From the NCBI GenBank assembly GCA_963720545.1, contig OY970399.1:3520001-3584000 (forward strand): a stretch of 64,000 bases of DNA. The letters are read 5' to 3'. The translations under genes and the position numbers were made by a program. The notes beneath the pieces were generated by a model. The model was given only the letters and a program-made list of their open reading frames with translations. It was not told the origin of the DNA and made no database searches. This stretch comes from an uncultured Acidobacteriota bacterium (GTDB lineage Bacteria; Acidobacteriota; Vicinamibacteria; Fen-336). Position 1 is the stretch's first letter. Every line of letters starts with the position of its first letter. Positions 59,398 to 64,000 of this stretch are shown here, piece by piece.

Positions 59398-61221
59398 CTA
59401 TGACTTCAGGTCTTCCTGAAGCTTGTCCATGGTTCGCCAGCACATGGCGAGGATGGACCAGGTGGTGTTCTGCGTGCCGCCCGACACGAATGGGGCGGCG
59501 TCGGCCAGGTAGACGTTCTTCACGTCGTGCAGGCGGCACCACTTGTCGGTGACCGAGGTCTTCGGGTCGTCGCCCATGCGCGCGGTGCCGATCTCGTGGA
59601 TCGACCAGCCGGGCGTGAGCATCTCGCGGTTGACCTTGATGTCCTCGGCGCCCGCGGTGCGCAGCATCTCTTCCGCCGTATCGGCCATGTCCTTCGCCAT
59701 CTTGATCTCGTTGTCCGAGAAGCGATAGTTGAAGCGGATGACCGGGATCCCCCAGGCGTCCTTCACGGTGTCGTCGAGCGCGATGCGGTTCTCCTTGCGC
59801 GGCAGCACCTCACCAAACCCGCCGAGGCCGAAGGTCGCGGGATAGTACTTGCGCACCGAACTCTTGAACCCCTTGCCGAAGCCGCGCGCCTCGGCCGCGC
59901 GTCCGGGAAAGTCGCCGGCGCCGCCGCCGCCCTGGAAGTGGTAGCCGCGGATGAAGTCGGGGTGCTTGTCGGTGACGTTGCGGAAACGCGGCAGGTACGG
60001 GCCGGTGGGCCGGCCGTCGTCGTTGGTGGGCTCCGTGCCGATGCGCGTCGGGATGAAGCCGGTGGCTCCCGGTCCCATGTGGTGTTCGCTCAGGTAGCAA
60101 CCGAGGATGCCCGACGAGTTGCCCATGCCGTTTGGATGTGCCGCCGACTTCGAATTGAGGAGGATGCGGGTGCTGTCGACGCAGCCGGCGCCGAGCACAA
60201 CCACCTTCGACTTGAAGTCCATCACCTCTTTGGTATTCGCGTCGATGACGCGCACGCCGGCGGCGAGGCCGGTCTGCGGGTCGAGGATCACTTCCGAGCA
60301 AATCGAGTAGGGGCGAATGGTGAGGTTGCCGCTGTCGCGCGCGGGGAACAGCAGCGCGGTGGGCGAGTTGAACGACGCGTGCACGTCGCAGCCGCGGCCA
60401 CAGCCGCCGCGGCCCAGGCAGCGGGCGCGGTACTTGTGGTTGAGGATGCCGTCGGTGGTGACGCCGGCGCGGCCGGCGATGTACTTGCGGTCGGGATACT
60501 TCGCCTCGACGGCGCGCTTGAACGTGGTCTCGACGCAGTTCATCTTGATGGCGCGCTGGTAGATGCCGTCGGGCACCGCCATCAGGCCTTCGCGGGTGCC
60601 CGACACGCCGAGCAGGCGGTCCACCTTGTCGTAGTAGGGCGAAACGTCCTCGTAGCCGATCGGCCAGTCGATGTCGAAACCGTCGCGGCTCGCTGCCTGG
60701 AACTGCAGCGGTCCGTAACGGATGGCGACGCGTCCCCAGAAGTTGGTCTTGCCGCCGAGGATGCGCGCGCGCACCCAGGAGTAGGGCGTGCCGGTGGTGG
60801 GATGCTCTTTCTCGTTCACCACCCAGTTGCGGGTGAAGGTGTTGCCGGCGTACGACGACACCTTCTTCTTCGCCGCGAACGACGCGTCATTGGCGTAGGG
60901 CCGGTCGAGGAAGTTGTACTCGGCCACGTTCAACGCGCGCATGTCGGGGGGCAGGCGCGAGCGGCGCTTCGACGAGTAGGACCACTCCATCGTGCGGTAC
61001 TCGCGGCGATGGTCGATCATGCGGCCGGCTTCGAGGCACAGCACCTTGAGGCCGTTCATCGCCATCTGAAACGACGCCATGCCGCCGGCCGCGCCGCTGC
61101 CCACGACGATTGCGTCCCAGGGTCCGTTCTTCGGGGTGATCGACGCGGCCATGCGCTTCGATTCGGCGACGACGCCGCCCAACTGCAGGTCGAGCGTCTT
61201 GTCGGGCATCTCGATCGCCAT
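59398..61221 (-). CDS. GMC family FAD oxidoreductase, copy 2
   Basis: VGSGAAGG, GGKTNFWGR, CLGRGGCGRGC, IHEIGTARMG, QNTTWSILAM. Confidence 0.93.
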   Translation of the reverse strand: MAIEMPDKTLDLQLGGVVAESKRMAASITPKNGPWDAIVVGSGAAGGMASFQMAMNGLKVLCLEAGRMIDHRREYRTMEWSYSSKRRSRLPPDMRALNVAEYNFLDRPYANDASFAAKKKVSSYAGNTFTRNWVVNEKEHPTTGTPYSWVRARILGGKTNFWGRVAIRYGPLQFQAASRDGFDIDWPIGYEDVSPYYDKVDRLLGVSGTREGLMAVPDGIYQRAIKMNCVETTFKRAVEAKYPDRKYIAGRAGVTTDGILNHKYRARCLGRGGCGRGCDVHASFNSPTALLFPARDSGNLTIRPYSICSEVILDPQTGLAAGVRVIDANTKEVMDFKSKVVVLGAGCVDSTRILLNSKSAAHPNGMGNSSGILGCYLSEHHMGPGATGFIPTRIGTEPTNDDGRPTGPYLPRFRNVTDKHPDFIRGYHFQGGGGAGDFPGRAAEARGFGKGFKSSVRKYYPATFGLGGFGEVLPRKENRIALDDTVKDAWGIPVIRFNYRFSDNEIKMAKDMADTAEEMLRTAGAEDIKVNREMLTPGWSIHEIGTARMGDDPKTSVTDKWCRLHDVKNVYLADAAPFVSGGTQNTTWSILAMCWRTMDKLQEDLKS

Positions 61222-61224
61222 GGT

Positions 61225-61932
61225 TCAGGCCTCCGCCTTCTGCCCGCAGTGCGGGCAATCCTTGCCGTCCTCGGTGAGGCAACCGACGAACTCGGCCTGC
61301 ATCTGGTTGCCCTTGTACCGCAGTTCCTTGTGGATGCCGATCTCGGAGGTGTAGTAGCCGCTGATCGTGGCGCGCTTGGTAACGGCGAAGAATCGCTCGA
61401 GCGCCGTCGCGGGGTCGTCGGGCCCGGGGCGGTAGACGCCGCCGAAGATGTCGGCCACCGGCCGCGTCAGCGGCGGCTCGGCGGTGTTGGGCGTCGACGG
61501 CTTCGCCTCGAACGCGCTGATGTCGGTGAGCAGCGCCTCGGTTTGCTCGGGTGTGAGCTTCGCGAAGGTGGTCTTGAACCGCGTGGTGCATTCGGCCTCG
61601 ACCGCCTCCAGCCCGGCGAGCCACTCCTTGCGCGGTTCGGCTTCCGATTCGCTCAGCAGCAGGTCGATGTAATCGGCGACCCGGGCTTCCTTCGCGCCGG
61701 GCGAATGCTCGTCGGCGGGGATGATGGCTTCGACGAAGGCCTCCGTGGTTGCGTACTGCGCGGGGCTCAGCACCTTGAGCGCCGGCTTCGCGCCATGGGT
61801 GGTGATGGCGTCGAACGCGGCGGCGCCTTCGTCGGACAGCCAGGGGAAAAAGGCCAGCGCCCCGGCGCTGGTGCCGAGGGTCTTGAGGGCCATGCGCCGG
61901 GAAACCGACGCGTCTTTCGTCGCCTGTGCCAA
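61225..61932 (-). CDS. Gluconate 2-dehydrogenase subunit 3 family protein, copy 2, with a C-terminal Cys cluster
   Basis: SRRMALK Tat motif, IIPADEHSPGA, GYYTSEIG, C-terminal GC...CPHC. AGGAGG RBS before TTG. Confidence 0.9.
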   Translation of the reverse strand: MAQATKDASVSRRMALKTLGTSAGALAFFPWLSDEGAAAFDAITTHGAKPALKVLSPAQYATTEAFVEAIIPADEHSPGAKEARVADYIDLLLSESEAEPRKEWLAGLEAVEAECTTRFKTTFAKLTPEQTEALLTDISAFEAKPSTPNTAEPPLTRPVADIFGGVYRPGPDDPATALERFFAVTKRATISGYYTSEIGIHKELRYKGNQMQAEFVGCLTEDGKDCPHCGQKAEA

Positions 61933-61985
61933 AAGCGGCCTCCTTACCGAAGTTCGGTCGCAATACTAGTCGCGATTGATATCAT

Positions 61986-61999
61986 GCGAAACGTTTTAG
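61986..61999. promoter_or_regulatory. Possible LacI-family operator between divergent sugar operons
   Basis: gcgAAACGTTTtag with a central CG palindrome. Confidence 0.4.
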
Positions 62000-62012
62000 T
62001 GAAAGGGATCCC

Positions 62013-62909
62013 ATGACCCTGACGAGGCGTGAAGGGCTGCGGCGTCTGGGCGGCGGCGTGGCCGCGGCAGCCTTTTGGCATCAGGGATTGCCGGCGTTCG
62101 CGCAGCAGCGCGCCAGGGCCCTCTTCAAGGTGGGCGCCACCGATTGGAACCTCGGTCTCGAGGGCAGGCCCGAAGCGGTCGGGTTGGCGAAAAAGCTCGG
62201 GTTCGACGGCGTGCAGGTGAGCTGCGGCAAGAGCGACGCTCCGGGACGGCTGCCGCTCAGCGACCCGGCGCTGCAGGCGACCTACCTCGCGGCGGCGAAA
62301 GAACATCGCCTGCCGATCGCGTCCATCTGCCTCGAAGTGCTGCACTCGCATCCGCTCAAGTCGGACCCGCTCGCGTCTGGCTTCGTTTCCGACTCCGTGG
62401 CGATTGCGCAGGCGCTGGGCGTTGACGTGGTGCTGCTGCCGTTCTTCGGCAAGGGCGCCCTCACCACCACGGCCGAGATGGACTACGTCGGCGACGCGCT
62501 TCGCGAGGTGGCGTCGCAGGCCGAGAAGGCGAGCATCGTTCTCGGCCTCGAAGACACGATTTCCGCGCGCGACAACGTGCGCATCGCCGACCGCAGCCGC
62601 TCGCCCGCGGTCGTCACCTATTACGACGTCGGCAACTCGACCAGGGCCGGTTTCAACGCGGTCGACGAGATCCGCTGGCTGGGCGCCGACCGCATCTGCG
62701 AGGTCCACCTCAAGGACAACCCGCACTATCTCGGCAAGGGCAGCATCGACTTCGTGGCCGTGGTCGATGCCCTCGCCGACATCGGCTTCGACCACTGGGC
62801 GCAGCTCGAAACCGACACCCCGGCGGGGGTGGAAGCGGACATGGCCCTGAATCTCGCGTACATTCGCGGCGTGGTCGCCCGCCGCAACGGCAGCGGCGCG
62901 GCCGCTTGA
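62013..62909 (+). CDS. Sugar phosphate isomerase/epimerase family protein, Tat-exported
   Basis: TRREGL signal, GFDGVQ, LED, YYDVGN, VHLKD, LET. Confidence 0.9.
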   Translation: MTLTRREGLRRLGGGVAAAAFWHQGLPAFAQQRARALFKVGATDWNLGLEGRPEAVGLAKKLGFDGVQVSCGKSDAPGRLPLSDPALQATYLAAAKEHRLPIASICLEVLHSHPLKSDPLASGFVSDSVAIAQALGVDVVLLPFFGKGALTTTAEMDYVGDALREVASQAEKASIVLGLEDTISARDNVRIADRSRSPAVVTYYDVGNSTRAGFNAVDEIRWLGADRICEVHLKDNPHYLGKGSIDFVAVVDALADIGFDHWAQLETDTPAGVEADMALNLAYIRGVVARRNGSGAAA

Positions 62910-62928
62910 GACATTTCCCGGAGGGCTC

Positions 62929-64000
62929 ATGACAAGCGGTGTGTCGTTCCGCCTCAGCGTGATGATGTTCCTCGAATACGTGATCTGGGGGTCGTGGCTG
63001 CCGCTCCTCGCCTTGTATCTTGGCGACTCGCTGCACTTCACGAGCCGCCAGATCGGCCTGGTGTTCGCGACGCCCGCGATCGCGTCGCTCTGGGCGCTGT
63101 TCGTCGGTGGCCAGATCGCCGACCGTTACCTCTCCGGCGAGAAGATGCTGGCGCTCAGCCACCTCATCGGCGGCATCGCGCTGCTGGCGCTTGGGCGGCA
63201 AACCGAGTTCTGGCCGTTCTTCCTGATCATGCTCGTGTACCAGCTGGTGTATGTGCCGACACTGTCGGTGACGAACGCGATCGCGTTCCACAACCTGGAG
63301 GGCCGCGAGCGCGAGTTCGGCCGCGTGCGTCTCTGGGGGACGATCGGCTGGATCGCCGCCAGCTGGCCGTTCGTCTTCATCCTCGCGGGGCGCACGGGCG
63401 CCGACCTCGAGGCGGCGCGCGGCGCCATCTTCACCATTGCGGCGGTCGCGTCGTTCGCGCTCGCGGCCTTCTCGTTCAGCCTGCCTGCGACTCCGCCGAG
63501 CAAGACGGCGGGCGGCAACGCACCACTCGAGGCGCTGAAGCTGCTGGCGATCCCGGCGTTCGCCGTGCTCTTCTTCGTGACGCTTCTCGACGCCATCGTG
63601 CACCAGTGTTACTTCCAGTGGACGAGCCCGTTCCTGAAACACGCGGGGCTCGCCGAGAACTGGATCATGCCGGCGATGAGCGTTGGCCAGATCGCGGAGA
63701 TCTCCACCATGGCGGCGCTCGGCTTCTTCCTGGCCCGCCTCGGCTGGCGCAAGACGATGATCGTCGGCGTCCTCGGCCACGCGGCCCGCTTCCTGATCTT
63801 CGCCATCGGCGACCCCGTGTGGCTGATGGTGGCGGTGAACGTGGTGCACGGCCTGTGCTACGCGTTCTTCTTCGCCACGGTCTACATCTTCATCGACGAG
63901 TACTCGCCGCGCGATTCGCGCGCCAGCACGCAGGGCCTCTTCAACCTGCTCATCCTCGGGCTCGGGCCGTTCCTCGGCAGCTTGCTGTGGGGCCAGCTGG
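62929..64000 (+). CDS. MFS nucleoside:H+ symporter (NupG/XapB-like), truncated at the window end
   Basis: Manual translation from ATG 62929 (GGAGGG RBS): LSVMMFLEYVIWGSW, GQIADRY, VRLWGTIGW, GQIAE. Confidence 0.9.
   Translation, partial: MTSGVSFRLSVMMFLEYVIWGSWLPLLALYLGDSLHFTSRQIGLVFATPAIASLWALFVGGQIADRYLSGEKMLALSHLIGGIALLALGRQTEFWPFFLIMLVYQLVYVPTLSVTNAIAFHNLEGREREFGRVRLWGTIGWIAASWPFVFILAGRTGADLEAARGAIFTIAAVASFALAAFSFSLPATPPSKTAGGNAPLEALKLLAIPAFAVLFFVTLLDAIVHQCYFQWTSPFLKHAGLAENWIMPAMSVGQIAEISTMAALGFFLARLGWRKTMIVGVLGHAARFLIFAIGDPVWLMVAVNVVHGLCYAFFFATVYIFIDEYSPRDSRASTQGLFNLLILGLGPFLGSLLWGQL

Overview
High-GC (roughly 65-70% by eye) bacterial chromosomal window. An ADOP-type duplicated ABC permease, several GT-C-like membrane proteins and GMC/sugar-phosphate-isomerase clusters suggest Acidobacteriota, possibly Vicinamibacteria (inference). 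About 54 CDSs are supportable. They include citrate synthase, a threonine/serine dehydratase, a fatty-acid desaturase, peptidases, a Ski2-like helicase, a nitrilase, MFS transporters, a B12-radical SAM enzyme, a surface-glycan GT-C cluster and two GMC-oxidoreductase/gluconate-2-DH-subunit-3/sugar-phosphate-isomerase modules resembling 3-keto-glycoside pathways. I saw no rRNA, tRNA, CRISPR array, integrase or transposase. Best candidates for undescribed systems: (1) a compact operon at 25.3-30.2 kb with accessory lspA and lgt, a LamG lipoprotein bearing an atypical signal peptide with no basic N-region, and a large unknown protein ending in redox-inactive thioredoxin-like folds; (2) a TetR-controlled divergon with two 16-bp palindromic operators pairing a SAM methyltransferase with an alpha/beta-hydrolase::glycosyltransferase fusion. 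Also seen: a dispersed ~50-bp REP-like element (2 copies), many apparently leaderless genes, probable CTG starts, sigma54-type promoters, an internally deleted GNAT remnant and at least three single-base frameshifts that may be assembly errors. All product calls come from motif recognition by eye; no database search was run.
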